A stretch of 63,516 bases of DNA, counting the filler, from Lama guanicoe (lineage: Eukaryota): the NCBI GenBank assembly GCA_013239625.1. It is 131 parts of 131 records of this genome, joined end to end, with 100 filler letters (N's around TTAATTAATTAA, not from the genome) between each part and the next. Parts side by side here need not be neighbours in the genome. Positions count along the whole stretch, not along the records: positions 36,376 to 36,761 come from PNXV01059133.1; positions 36,862 to 37,247 come from PNXV01059134.1; positions 37,348 to 37,733 come from PNXV01059135.1; positions 37,834 to 38,219 come from PNXV01059136.1; positions 38,320 to 38,705 come from PNXV01059137.1; positions 38,806 to 39,189 come from PNXV01059138.1; positions 39,290 to 39,675 come from PNXV01059139.1; positions 39,776 to 40,161 come from PNXV01059140.1; 123 more parts are not named here. One strand, 5' to 3'. This document shows positions 36,761-49,800 of this stretch, piece after piece; positions within the stretch are counted from its first letter, which is position 1; every line of letters begins with the position of its first letter. Position numbers and translations under genes: made by a program. Below the pieces are notes generated by a model, which worked only from the letters and a program-made list of their open reading frames with translations, was not told the DNA's origin and ran no database searches.

Positions 36761-38805
36761 TNNNNNNNNNNNNNNNNNNNNNNNNNNNNNNNNNNNNNNN
36801 NNNNNTTAATTAATTAANNNNNNNNNNNNNNNNNNNNNNNNNNNNNNNNNNNNNNNNNNNNAAAAAAAATAGGCTGTAAAAAAATGGTAGAACCATGGAT
36901 ACATGGATAATTATAAAATTTCACAATGTTTCTTTTTCAATTAAATGATAAAATATGTTACCTTAAGTTGTCTTTTAATTTCAAATTTTACTATACCTGT
37001 TTCCTTTCCAATCTTAGAATTATGAAATGGTATTATATTCAAATAACAATTTGTTTTCGAGTTCTGAATGGCTAAGACATTATTTCAGGTGCTCATTAGA
37101 TACTGTTTTATATCAAATTTGGAACTTGAAATTCACAGTTAAAATTGTGATTTGAACTTTTTTAAAAGAAAGAGAAAGAAAAGCAGTTCTTCTCAGAATA
37201 AATCTTCCAAAATGATTCAGAAGAGTTAACTTTGGCTATAATAACTTNNNNNNNNNNNNNNNNNNNNNNNNNNNNNNNNNNNNNNNNNNNNTTAATTAAT
37301 TAANNNNNNNNNNNNNNNNNNNNNNNNNNNNNNNNNNNNNNNNNNNNCCATCTTGGACTTTACACCCTGAGGACACAATTTTAATTATATTTCCACAACA
37401 CAAAATCAATCTGAATATCTAATAGAATTTGGTGAAAAATATGATTTTTCCAGAAATACACGGGCATAAAACCAATTAATTAAAATTTTAATATTGTTTA
37501 TTATACATGATACGTGCTCACTTATATGACTGCCAATTTCTGGTATTAAATTCGATTTGTATTCATTGAGGTACCCAGCGCCAGCCTGGATTATGCAGTG
37601 ATTCCCAGGCTCTGGGTAATATGTCTTATAAAACTGGGGAATCTAGCTTAGGGTTGCCTCCTTTTTATTTTATCAAGTAAAAACCTAAAACCAAATTTTA
37701 AAAATTCATATCTATCCTCACCATCAATTCCAANNNNNNNNNNNNNNNNNNNNNNNNNNNNNNNNNNNNNNNNNNNNTTAATTAATTAANNNNNNNNNNN
37801 NNNNNNNNNNNNNNNNNNNNNNNNNNNNNNNNNTCTGGTTACCAGAAAGAGGATACTGACTGATCCTAGTTTTGATCTTAATGAACAGCCACGCAGGCTA
37901 ACTTTCCCCTGCACGTGCCTTCACACCTTGCTCTTGATTCCAAGAAAATAACTTTCTTTTTAAGACTTATTTGAATTTGTCTTTGGCCTCCAAGTTGAAA
38001 ATTTCTGTGTGAAAAGGCTTCAGAATATTCCCTAGAGAGCACACAGCTCACTCACTATGTCCTAAGGGGACCCAAGGATGAGAATAGTTAAGAACTACGT
38101 AAATCGTTTCCTGGTCTAAGCAGACATGTAAATCCACTGGCTTGTTTTGATGTGATTCATGTCAGTTAAGGAAAAAAGCGATGGATTTAATGGCCCAATG
38201 CCTATTGCCTTATCGCTAANNNNNNNNNNNNNNNNNNNNNNNNNNNNNNNNNNNNNNNNNNNNTTAATTAATTAANNNNNNNNNNNNNNNNNNNNNNNNN
38301 NNNNNNNNNNNNNNNNNNNTTTATGGGGAGAAGCTATTGGCTTTTTTCTATAGAAGCATTTGCAGGGATTATACATTCTCACAGTTTGGCACAAACTTTG
38401 ATAGAAAAATGTGCTGCATTGACCTGATAGCTGTAAAGTACTTGAGATTTACTGTCTTTCTCTTTTGTGGATGGTGAGGAATAGCTCTTCTTTGCTAATT
38501 AGTCAAGAAAAAATATTTTTCTACATAAATATTATCAGTCATAGCATTTATCTTCTTGATAAATATGGAAAATGGTATTTATTGTTAAGAACTGCATGAA
38601 AAACAGGAAATCAAGGCCAATAAACAACTTAAAACTCATTAATTTGTATGAATCAAAAATAAATCCTATAGGAAATAGAATTTTCCCTTTTAAAAGTCTT
38701 CTTTTNNNNNNNNNNNNNNNNNNNNNNNNNNNNNNNNNNNNNNNNNNNNTTAATTAATTAANNNNNNNNNNNNNNNNNNNNNNNNNNNNNNNNNNNNNNN
38801 NNNNN

Positions 38806-38839
<34 letters not shown>

Positions 38840-39289
38840 AGTTAAAATATCTTACTTGATTTTGCCATTGTTTTAGTGTTTTATCTTGGCTTACTCCTTA
38901 GACATCAACTCACGGTTGTAGAGGTAGCAGTTTGAGGTCGTTTTTTGAAGCTCTTTTTTATCCAGATCAGAATGTGTCTTTTCTAACTTGGTCCGATCTG
39001 TCTTGAAGCCAATGGATAAAGTGTCTTGCTGGTGTAGCGCCCGACAGGACCAAACTTGAACAGGAATCTAGGTCATTGTCCCGACAGAGCTGAGCTTTAA
39101 AATTCAGAAGACACCCCATGTCTAAACCCAGCCAAACAGCCACGTGAATTAAGGCTTTACTACTGAGGCTCACCGTGAAATGCGGTATCNNNNNNNNNNN
39201 NNNNNNNNNNNNNNNNNNNNNNNNNNNNNNNNNTTAATTAATTAANNNNNNNNNNNNNNNNNNNNNNNNNNNNNNNNNNNNNNNNNNNN

Positions 39290-39675
39290 TCTCTATTTCA
39301 TTTATTTCTGCTCTGATCTTTATGATTTCTTTCCTTCAAGTAACTTTGGATTTTGTTTATTCTTTTTCTAGTTCCTTTAGATGTAAGGTTAGCCTTTTCA
39401 TTTGAGATTTTTCTTCTTTCCTGATGTAAGTTTATACTGCTATAATATTCATCATTTTAAATGTATCATGCCACTCTCCTCTGGCCTACAGAGTTTCTGC
39501 TGAAAAGTCAGCTGAGAGCCTGATGGGAGTTCCCATATATGTAACTTGTTGCTTTTTCCTTGATGTTTTTTTAATATTTTCTCTTTATCTGATTTTTGCC
39601 ATTTTATTTTTTTTAACATTTTTTACTGAGTTACAGTCATTTTACAATGTTGTATCAAATTCCAGTGTAGAGCAC
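39290..39675 (-). mobile_element. LINE-1 mosaic: ORF2 piece, ORF1 piece, then a separate L1 3' end
   Basis: TTTATTTCTGCTCTGATCTTTAT (ORF2); GTTTCTGCTGAAAAGTCAGCTG (ORF1); from ~39602 a T-rich tail and CATTTTACAATGTTGTATCAAATTCCAG as at 15512. Confidence 0.8.
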
Positions 39676-39775
39676 NNNNNNNNNNNNNNNNNNNNNNNNN
39701 NNNNNNNNNNNNNNNNNNNTTAATTAATTAANNNNNNNNNNNNNNNNNNNNNNNNNNNNNNNNNNNNNNNNNNNN

Positions 39776-40161
39776 ACTTCCCATTCAACCTAGCGTTAAA
39801 GCCAAGATCCTTACAGGAAGCCCCCAGACCCTGGAAGATCTGAGCATCAATTCCTCCTCTGATTCTGACTCCCTTCCTTTAATTACCTTTTGATTCTTCC
39901 TCCCATCTACTCCAGACCAGGCACTTCCCACCATCAGCCCTTTCTCGACCTGCAACTCCCTTTTCCAAGATGTCTCTTTAATTCATTCCCTTCCTTCCTT
40001 TAAGCCTGCTCAAATCCAGCTTCTCGGTGAGAACCATACCACCTGATCCACCCCAGAGCCCACCCAGGCTCACCACCCAACCTCTTCACTGGGCCCAACA
40101 GAGGAGCTGTTCTTTATAGAACTTGTCACCATCTAATGTATTATTGTTATACTATTTATTA
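39776..40161 (+). mobile_element. L2 LINE 3' region
   Basis: TAAAGCCAAGATCCTTAC...CTGCTCAAAT...CTTCTCGGTGAG...TTATAGAACTTGTCACCATCT. Confidence 0.65.
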
Positions 40162-40261
40162 NNNNNNNNNNNNNNNNNNNNNNNNNNNNNNNNNNNNNNN
40201 NNNNNTTAATTAATTAANNNNNNNNNNNNNNNNNNNNNNNNNNNNNNNNNNNNNNNNNNNN

Positions 40262-40608
40262 GGGCTGGCAAACAACAGCTTCTGTGGAAATCCACACTGC
40301 CACCTTTTTTTGTAAAGCCTATGATCCAAGAATGTTTAAAATGAAAACAAATAAATAAGAATGATATATTTTGACATGAAAATTTTATGAAATAGACATT
40401 TCAGTCTGGAATTTGATTTTTAGATTTTGAAAGTCTTGTGTGTTTTAAGCTAGGACCAGTTGGAACATAACCACCATCATTCGTTTGCATGTACTCGTGA
40501 CTGCTTTTGTGCTACAATTCAGAATTGAGTTGTAATGACAGGGACTCCATGCATGGCCCTTAATGCTTAATATGTTTACTCTCTGTCCGAAAACAGTTTG
40601 TCCAACCA
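40262..40608. mobile_element. MER58 (hAT-Charlie)
   Basis: GGGCTGGCAAAC start, TTGGAACA...CATTCGTTT, TGCTACAA...AGAATTGAGT, ATATGTTTACT...AGTTTG end. Confidence 0.75.
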
Positions 40609-41233
40609 TTATCTCCAGTTAGCTCGATGGCTCCATCCTGTGGTAGANNNNNNNNNNNNNNNNNNNNNNNNNNNNNNNNNNNNNNNNNNNNTTAATTAAT
40701 TAANNNNNNNNNNNNNNNNNNNNNNNNNNNNNNNNNNNNNNNNNNNNAGCTCAATTTGATGCATTTCAGCACAGTGATTATAAGGAACTGAAACCTATAG
40801 GACGCCAAGAGGCAATCATCATGGAATACTCCAGTGCAAGTCCAGGAAAGTGTATGTGTTGAAATGAAATGTACTCATCCTTTTATCAAAAGTACTTCCA
40901 ATCAAGGATCAGAGTGTTACAGGAGAGTAGGAAGTATGAATTTTGGCAAAAGGCAAGGAGCCATGATGTGTTTATTAACTAAAAACTGACTCTGTGTGTT
41001 TCCCTGGTTTTTAAGGCTTCAGTTTTGTTTCAGAGATGGCTGGATAAATGTGCCTAATATTCCCAGGGATTTGCCTTGTGGCTCCAACAGCATAAGTACT
41101 ATTCAGTCACTCACTTCCTGTTACTAAATATATNNNNNNNNNNNNNNNNNNNNNNNNNNNNNNNNNNNNNNNNNNNNTTAATTAATTAANNNNNNNNNNN
41201 NNNNNNNNNNNNNNNNNNNNNNNNNNNNNNNNN

Positions 41234-41495
41234 TTTTTTTTTTGCCATTGGTTTTCATTAATTTTTTTATGTGATTTGCCTAGGTGTAGAGGTTTTTGTT
41301 TGTTTTTAAATCATATTTAGAGTTTGTAACACTTCTAGCCTGAGACTGTGCTATGATGTCTCCCTTCAGTATGGGGAAATTCTCAGCCAGTGTTTCTTCA
41401 AATAGTGCTTCTTCCCCATTTGCTTCCTCCCTTATTCCAGGATTCTAATTGTGTACAAGTCAGACTTTTCCCCATAGTCCAGGTCTCTCTGAAGG
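41234..41495 (-). mobile_element. Old L1ME/HAL1-type fragment
   Basis: GCCTAGGTGTAG...GGGGAAATTCTCAGCCA.T.TTTCTTCAAATA. Confidence 0.6.
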
Positions 41496-42958
41496 CTTTC
41501 TGTACTTACACTGTCTTACCTGATACTTACACTCTTATACTATCAAAAATCTCAGCTAATGCCAGTCGGCTTTTGTCTAGTCACCCAGGGCTGCAGTACA
41601 AGCATGAATGGAGGAGCCANNNNNNNNNNNNNNNNNNNNNNNNNNNNNNNNNNNNNNNNNNNNTTAATTAATTAANNNNNNNNNNNNNNNNNNNNNNNNN
41701 NNNNNNNNNNNNNNNNNNNTTGCCCAGCCCAGGGGCCCTCGATTCTTCCCCCCGGCACAGTGTCCAGGAGCACGACTGGGTTTACCCACCCCTCACCCTT
41801 CTAGACAGGAAGCCCCACACTGGTTGGGTGTGCTGTGGCTCCTCTGGGCCTCCAGGATGATTTACACGTGCCCCCAGCTCAAGAGACTTTAATTAATGAA
41901 ATTGTCTCCTTTAAGGAAAGTAGACACCCAGCTTTTTCACTTTTCTCTCTGAGACCCTCTGTGAGGCAGGCCTCTCTCAGCCAGCTCAGTGAGAGCCTTG
42001 GAGGCCTCAGCCCTCCTCCTGGGCCTGTTTCCAAGGCCGGTATAATTACCGCCTTCAACTAACAGTTGCCTTCTGGGGCCTTTGAGCTTGGCAACACCTC
42101 TCTGANNNNNNNNNNNNNNNNNNNNNNNNNNNNNNNNNNNNNNNNNNNNTTAATTAATTAANNNNNNNNNNNNNNNNNNNNNNNNNNNNNNNNNNNNNNN
42201 NNNNNATGTTTATTTATAATTCTGTCTGGCTACAGAATAACTTCATAATCCTGCGTGTGGCTCTTGGCTCCCATGTTGGACAACACGGGCCTAGAGAATT
42301 TAAATGACATGCCCAGCCTCGCCAAGGAAGCTCATGGTGGGATCAGAGCTATAGTCTGGGACTTTTCCTTCCGACCAACAAGTCACTTATGGAAGTTTAG
42401 AAGCTTTTCCTTTGGTGCCCAGATGTCTATCCGTACTTATGACATTTTGTCAGGTGTCCAAGCCTGCTCCTAAACATCAGCCAGAACCCACTTCTCCACT
42501 TTTTTGGCCAGGTAATACCTTCTAGCAACTTCCATTACCTTATTGGCATCAGTTCTTAACTGGAAGGGTAGTGGCTAGAGATGGAAATGTGNNNNNNNNN
42601 NNNNNNNNNNNNNNNNNNNNNNNNNNNNNNNNNNNTTAATTAATTAANNNNNNNNNNNNNNNNNNNNNNNNNNNNNNNNNNNNNNNNNNNNGGAAAAGCC
42701 AGGGCCTCCCTGAGCAGCTGTTGACCCAGAGAGAGGAGGACGCCTCTGAGGTTTTCCCCTTTTGTGAAAACACAAGTCTTCTGGTGGTGTGAGAGAGATG
42801 CACCCTGTCTTCTCCTGAGACCCTTGGGGAGGATTAAATATGTCCCATGAGAGTCATTTTCTTTGACCAGTAGAAAATAGATCTGTTTTAAGATAAGTGT
42901 CTACATGGACTCTGAGTCTGGGATGATGTATTTCAGAAAGTCAGCAGAGTTCTGTGGG

Positions 42959-42994
42959 GTGTGTGTGTGTGTGTATGTGTGTGCATGTGCGTGT
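42959..42994. repeat. (GT)n microsatellite, interrupted
   Basis: Direct observation. Confidence 0.9.
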
Positions 42995-43663
42995 CCACTC
43001 AGGCAGCTGCTGGGGGTGGCACTCTAAATGATCCTCTGTAAGTCATAGCACTTTTCATGGGCCACTCACAGGAAAGANNNNNNNNNNNNNNNNNNNNNNN
43101 NNNNNNNNNNNNNNNNNNNNNTTAATTAATTAANNNNNNNNNNNNNNNNNNNNNNNNNNNNNNNNNNNNNNNNNNNNGGGTCCAGGGACCTGCCTCCCAT
43201 GAGGCTCCATCTCTGCTGTGATGGGTGACGTGGGAGATGGCGGCCAGGGAAGGGTGACCTAAGCGTTTAGGAGGAGACCTGGAGTCCAGGCCCCAAAACT
43301 CGCTAGAAGTCAGTGGGAACAGGCAGGGCTGAGAGCTTCATGGACTCAGTGCAGCCAGCAGGTCCCTGTCCATCCCAGGGCTCCTGGGAGGGGGGCTCTG
43401 CTCCAGGGTAGCGCCGTAGCCTGTCCTGTCCAGAGTCACAGATCCCTGATGCCACCCAGGACCCCAGCTGAGCGACCTCCTGCAGGGTGGTGTCTTGAGG
43501 CTTCAGATCTGACACCTCATGCAGTTTTGTCACCTGAAAGACTGCAACTCAATTCCTGTCTCTNNNNNNNNNNNNNNNNNNNNNNNNNNNNNNNNNNNNN
43601 NNNNNNNTTAATTAATTAANNNNNNNNNNNNNNNNNNNNNNNNNNNNNNNNNNNNNNNNNNNN

Positions 43664-44048
43664 AAAAAAAAATGGGCAGAATATCTAAACAGACATTTCT
43701 CCAAACAAGACATGCAGATGGCCAACAGACACCTGAAAAGATTCTCAACATCATTAACTACTAGAGAAATGAAAATCAAAACTATTACCTCACACAATGG
43801 CTATCATCAAAATGTCTGCAAACAATAAATGTTGGAGAGGGTGTATTCCCTTTTTGGAACTCTCTTTCACTCTTGGTGGGAATGTAATTTGGTGCAGCCA
43901 GTAAGGAAAACATCATGGAGGCCCCTCAAAAAACTAAGAATAGAATTACTATATGATCCAACAACCCCACTCCTGGGTATATACCTGGAAAAGACAAAAT
44001 TCTAATTTGAAAAGACACATGCACCCCAATGTTCATAGCAGCACTATT
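43664..44048 (+). mobile_element. LINE-1 ORF2 C-terminal fragment
   Basis: AAATGGGCAGA...AGACATTTCTCCAAA...AGATGGCCAACAG; ATATGATCCA; TGCACCCCAATGTTCATAGCAGCACTATT. Confidence 0.92.
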
Positions 44049-46669
44049 NNNNNNNNNNNNNNNNNNNNNNNNNNNNNNNNNNNNNNNNNNNNTTAATTAA
44101 TTAANNNNNNNNNNNNNNNNNNNNNNNNNNNNNNNNNNNNNNNNNNNNCCTGGCTGCGAGGGAATGCTGGGGGTTGGGCTTGGAAGTCAAGTAGAAGCGA
44201 TTACCCCCTGATGGACTGAGAATGTATTTAGAGGGCTTCTCCCTAACAGGGAACACCTGTGCCTCCATTAATCTGCGTGGATTAGCGTTCCACAACTCCC
44301 CCACACAGAAGGATGGTTTCCGGAATCCTGAGTATATGGAAGATCCTCCTACTGACAGCAGGGCATGGGCTGTAACAGATTCCATTATTTACCTTCCCTG
44401 ATGGAATGCCTAAGCCGGATTGCGATCGAAAGTGGGTTTGGGATCTTAAACCAAGTATTAACGAGTTCCACTCCATGGGATTAGAAGGTGTTTTTCCTGC
44501 AACCACCAACCTGAGAATATCTGTGCGCCCTGAANNNNNNNNNNNNNNNNNNNNNNNNNNNNNNNNNNNNNNNNNNNNTTAATTAATTAANNNNNNNNNN
44601 NNNNNNNNNNNNNNNNNNNNNNNNNNNNNNNNNNAATGCATTTTCTTGGCTCTCATCTGAAAAATATCGTGGAATGAAATATTTATATCAAAATAGCAAC
44701 ACTTTCCTCCATCGTTTATTTCGTCAGTTATATTTGTGGCCCAGTAATTCAACCTTGAGACATTTTTCCAATTTATGTATGTAATTTAAGGAGTTTAAAA
44801 TTTACCTAGTGACTATTTCAATACTTGTCACTTTATGAATTCTGAGGTGATTTATTTACATGGAAAGAAAGTTGGTGAGTCATTATATTATAAAAGCCGT
44901 AATTATAAACCATTAACTTAAAAGTAGTAAGTATAACTTATTCTTTTGAAAAACTTTAAGAATCCCTAATGTACCACCATCTTTTAAAAAAAATTAACGA
45001 AGAACATTTTTGAGATAATTNNNNNNNNNNNNNNNNNNNNNNNNNNNNNNNNNNNNNNNNNNNNTTAATTAATTAANNNNNNNNNNNNNNNNNNNNNNNN
45101 NNNNNNNNNNNNNNNNNNNNACCAGAAATTGACACAATATTATAAACTGACTATACTTCAATTAAAAAATGAATCTTAAATGAAAATCCTCATGTGGGAT
45201 GAAATGATAGATAATGTCTCTTTATCACAGCCTCTTAAGCTTTCTTCCTAATCCTTTTCTTCCACTGAATGGATTCAACAGAATATCAGATACACGTGAA
45301 CAGGATTGGAGGGTACCTCCTCTTACCTGCTTCCTAACTTTGGGCTGCAATTGACTTAAGTCCTCACTAAGAAACGAGATCTCTGCTTGGTGACTTATCA
45401 TATTAACTTTGACTAATGCTATTTTCCAACAGTATCTGAGTGCCATTTTGTAAACAGAAGAAGAATTTAAGCAAGAATTTCAAGAATCCTAGATGTAAAA
45501 CATAAANNNNNNNNNNNNNNNNNNNNNNNNNNNNNNNNNNNNNNNNNNNNTTAATTAATTAANNNNNNNNNNNNNNNNNNNNNNNNNNNNNNNNNNNNNN
45601 NNNNNNTAGTATTCAAATAATATTGTTATCCCACAAATGTTAATATTTCAAATAGGTGTAGTAGTTTTAATAACTCATATCTCAAATGTATTTTATCACC
45701 TATGTTTTCCAAATTATTATTAATTAGGATAGAAGTTTGACACTCCAAAATTTATTATTATCCATATCAATAATCACAAATATAATATATGAAATCTTCT
45801 AATTTTCCTATAACAGGATGTAACAGGACACTATTTTTAAAAGGGTACTGGACGTTCCCATGGATAATGGTCACCAAGATTTATAATAATAATTTAAAAG
45901 TACATTGCTAATAACAAACATGGTTATTCTGAATTTCTTCACTTTAAAGCAATCATCACTGTCTTCTCAGAAAGCAGAACTTCTCAATTTAGNNNNNNNN
46001 NNNNNNNNNNNNNNNNNNNNNNNNNNNNNNNNNNNNTTAATTAATTAANNNNNNNNNNNNNNNNNNNNNNNNNNNNNNNNNNNNNNNNNNNNTTTCTGAT
46101 AGTACCAGGTTTTCTATTTTTTAAAAGTAAGCTTCAGTGATTTATACTCTTTGGGGGAAACTGACCATTTAATCTAAGCTTTCAACTTATTGTTACAAAA
46201 TTGTTTAGAATATTGACATATGATTTTTTGGAGGGTGTAGCAGGTCCACATGAATGTCCTCTTTTTATCCCTAAAATTACTCATTTGTGCTCTTCTTTCT
46301 TTATTTTTTGAATGATTATTGTCAGCAATTTGTCTAATTTATTAAGCTCCATAAGACAGTAGCAACTGGTTTGGTTGGCCCTCTGTAGTAATCTCTGTTT
46401 TATACTTTATTATTTTCTACTCTTATCTTCATTATTCACTCTCCTCTTACTTTGAGTTCACATTCTTTTTCCCCTTTCNNNNNNNNNNNNNNNNNNNNNN
46501 NNNNNNNNNNNNNNNNNNNNNNTTAATTAATTAANNNNNNNNNNNNNNNNNNNNNNNNNNNNNNNNNNNNNNNNNNNNAAACCCAGGAGTCCCTAACATT
46601 GAGGGGTACCCCTTACTCTCTTCTCTCCAGTGAAACGAGTAGGAGCTTAGTGAAGCCCTTTGTACTCAC

Positions 46670-46858
46670 TTGGTGATTTGCAAACAGCCAGGGGAGGGTT
46701 CCATCGGTGATCTTCCTGACACTGGCTCTGAGGACTTTCTTCCAGGGTATACCCATCTTCACACTCTAGAGTGACGACAGCTCCATACTGATACATCTTT
46801 CCAGGCTCTAGCCCATTCTGGATTCCATTTATATGCTCTGGGAAGCTACAGTTCACCT
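46670..46858 (-). CDS. CR2: Complement receptor 2 (CD21) membrane-proximal SCR/sushi exon, 189 nt, phase 1-1
   Basis: [63 protein letters not shown]: four Cys plus Trp, closely matching the recalled last SCR of CR2. Acceptor ttcAG at 46860-46859; donor GTGAGT from 46669. Confidence 0.92.
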
Positions 46859-49800
46859 CTGAAATCAAAGGAATCTCGTTGAAGCTGGGTCATACTTTGG
46901 CTTTTTGCCATGAACATAAATACTGCCCTTAATGGAAAGGTTTATGAAACCAACTTAGTTTATTCNNNNNNNNNNNNNNNNNNNNNNNNNNNNNNNNNNN
47001 NNNNNNNNNTTAATTAATTAANNNNNNNNNNNNNNNNNNNNNNNNNNNNNNNNNNNNNNNNNNNNAATCATATCTAAAGCAAATCTTTCTACATTGCAAG
47101 CAAGGATAGCCCAAATCGCAACTGGAAAAGGAAGAAATATGTCCCTTTTCTTCCTTCTCTGTTTTCTTTATTTTACAGATTTGTGTCATAATGCTGCCCA
47201 AAGAAAAATGAGCTGGGAGGGGGAAAGTGAATTCATTCACACTGTAATATCAATAGGCAATAATGCACGGTTATATCATGACCTTCCATTTTTCTGTGTT
47301 TTGTGTGCACTGTTCCGTTGTTTGAATGTATTCACCCTTGTCTTATGAACTTGGAAAAAATAAATGCATCCTTCATGTCTCAGCTCCAGGGTCAAACTTC
47401 TTTGTGGCCCATGTCCCTAATTCAAGCACAGAGAGGTGCTTGCAACTATGTTNNNNNNNNNNNNNNNNNNNNNNNNNNNNNNNNNNNNNNNNNNNNTTAA
47501 TTAATTAANNNNNNNNNNNNNNNNNNNNNNNNNNNNNNNNNNNNNNNNNNNNGGGTCTGATCACAGAAAGAAATACTCACACAGGAACTTGACTCAGTCG
47601 TTGAGAGCGCGCTAGTCCTGGCTGCCTCGCGTGAGGCGCCTTTGGTCTTTGGCTTTCAGTAAACACAAAATTACCCCCAACCTCCACCAACCCAGGGAGA
47701 TTTCTCGGGGACAGTCAGAGGCTTTTTCTGCTTGGATTTTTATGTTGGCAGTTTTTCTCCTGTCTTCACTGTGGTGAGTCAATAAATACAATCAGGACTG
47801 AATACTTTAGCTTTTAGCCAGGGGATACGTAGTAGTAACATCCATTTTTTCTCTAAAACTCCTTTATACTTACCCTATATAAGTGAGTGCTCTGGTGAGT
47901 GCTTGTCCTGCCCCGACCCTGCTGCCCCGTGGTGGTGACNNNNNNNNNNNNNNNNNNNNNNNNNNNNNNNNNNNNNNNNNNNNTTAATTAATTAANNNNN
48001 NNNNNNNNNNNNNNNNNNNNNNNNNNNNNNNNNNNNNNNGGGATGTATAATTTCCCAGGTGCAAGTCAGGAGAAAGTGACAAGGCAGCGTGTCAAGTGTT
48101 CATGCCCCTGACTGCAGAATCAAATGGAAATACATGGGTGTTCACTTGCTGATTGAATTCATGCCATTTCTAAACCATCAGGTCAGTTGGTTAATTGACC
48201 ACTGCATTCTGTTAGCTGTCTTCATATTAAAGCCCATTAAAATACCAAGTGATTTGCTAAAAAATAATTTCCTTCTGACATTGAAACTCATGAGATAGTA
48301 TATCGGTGTATAGATCATTAGAACAGAATATCAGCATTCCAGACCTTTCAGTAATTGTTATAATCTGGTCACCTATAGAATGAGAACATTAATATTTATG
48401 CCACAATATTGAAATAACTACTTTTTNNNNNNNNNNNNNNNNNNNNNNNNNNNNNNNNNNNNNNNNNNNNTTAATTAATTAANNNNNNNNNNNNNNNNNN
48501 NNNNNNNNNNNNNNNNNNNNNNNNNNAGTGATTATATATCATTTAATCCTCCAAACGACCCTGTGAGGAGGTATAACCTCAATCTAAATAATAGGGACAC
48601 AGTCTAGAGAGAATAAGTAATTTGTTCAAAGTTAGATCAAATAAACAACAGAATTAGAATCCGCTGGTGCTGTAAACCTTTGTATACCTGCAGGTCTTAC
48701 ATCCCAGTCTCTCATGCAGGCATAACAAATCTGAAAGCCCCCAGAGCTTTCATGGAAAATGTCCAACCACTTGCCATATTTTGATAAGGGTGTTATTACC
48801 ACACTGAATTCAGGCCACAATTGCTGGAGTGTGCATTATCAATGTCTGTTAGTTGAGCAGCACTGGAAGCAAGCTGAGCCATAAGGGAAAAGACACTCAT
48901 GCACAGGGACAAANNNNNNNNNNNNNNNNNNNNNNNNNNNNNNNNNNNNNNNNNNNNTTAATTAATTAANNNNNNNNNNNNNNNNNNNNNNNNNNNNNNN
49001 NNNNNNNNNNNNNTATGAGTCAACGGTGTCATCGTATTGTCACAGGGAGTCAAAGCTACAGGAGGCTCAGTGGGACCATGCCTGGGCAGAGTGAGTCATC
49101 GCTCCCCTAGAATCATGGCCTCTGCAGCTTCAGCCTTCCATTCAAATTTTCTGTCTACTTAAAAAATTGATTTCACTCGTTTAGCACTTGACATTGAACT
49201 TTATTGGTCACTGGTTGCCTAGTTATACATTAGTAATTATAATGATAATGCCACTGGCATGTATTACATTTCACAAAACATTTTCAGATCATCCCTTACT
49301 TGTGCCCCCTACAAAAAGTCAATCCTTTATTTATTCGGCAAATGTGCACTGAGCGATAACCACATGCAAACCAGTATTCGAGCTGTTTGAGATATGTCAG
49401 NNNNNNNNNNNNNNNNNNNNNNNNNNNNNNNNNNNNNNNNNNNNTTAATTAATTAANNNNNNNNNNNNNNNNNNNNNNNNNNNNNNNNNNNNNNNNNNNN
49501 AAAAAAAAAAAACATAAAGAATAGTTACAAGCAAAGTATTGAAAAGGAAAAATGAATGCAGTAGAAATGCAGTATTTATGTTTTAAAGGCAAAAGGAAAG
49601 AAAGAGCAGTAAGTTAGGGAGGAGAATGAACAGGAGGGACTGCTGAGCAGTTCTGGGCAAAAGGCAAGGTGGGAAACTGAAGTGCTGACAGAAAAAGTCT
49701 TCATAAGTCAGTTCAGCAAAAGACCTCTCACCAATTTTAGAACAAACTTAAATTTCTGGTATTTTGGGTTATTAATCAACATTATATGTGTTGATGCTCG

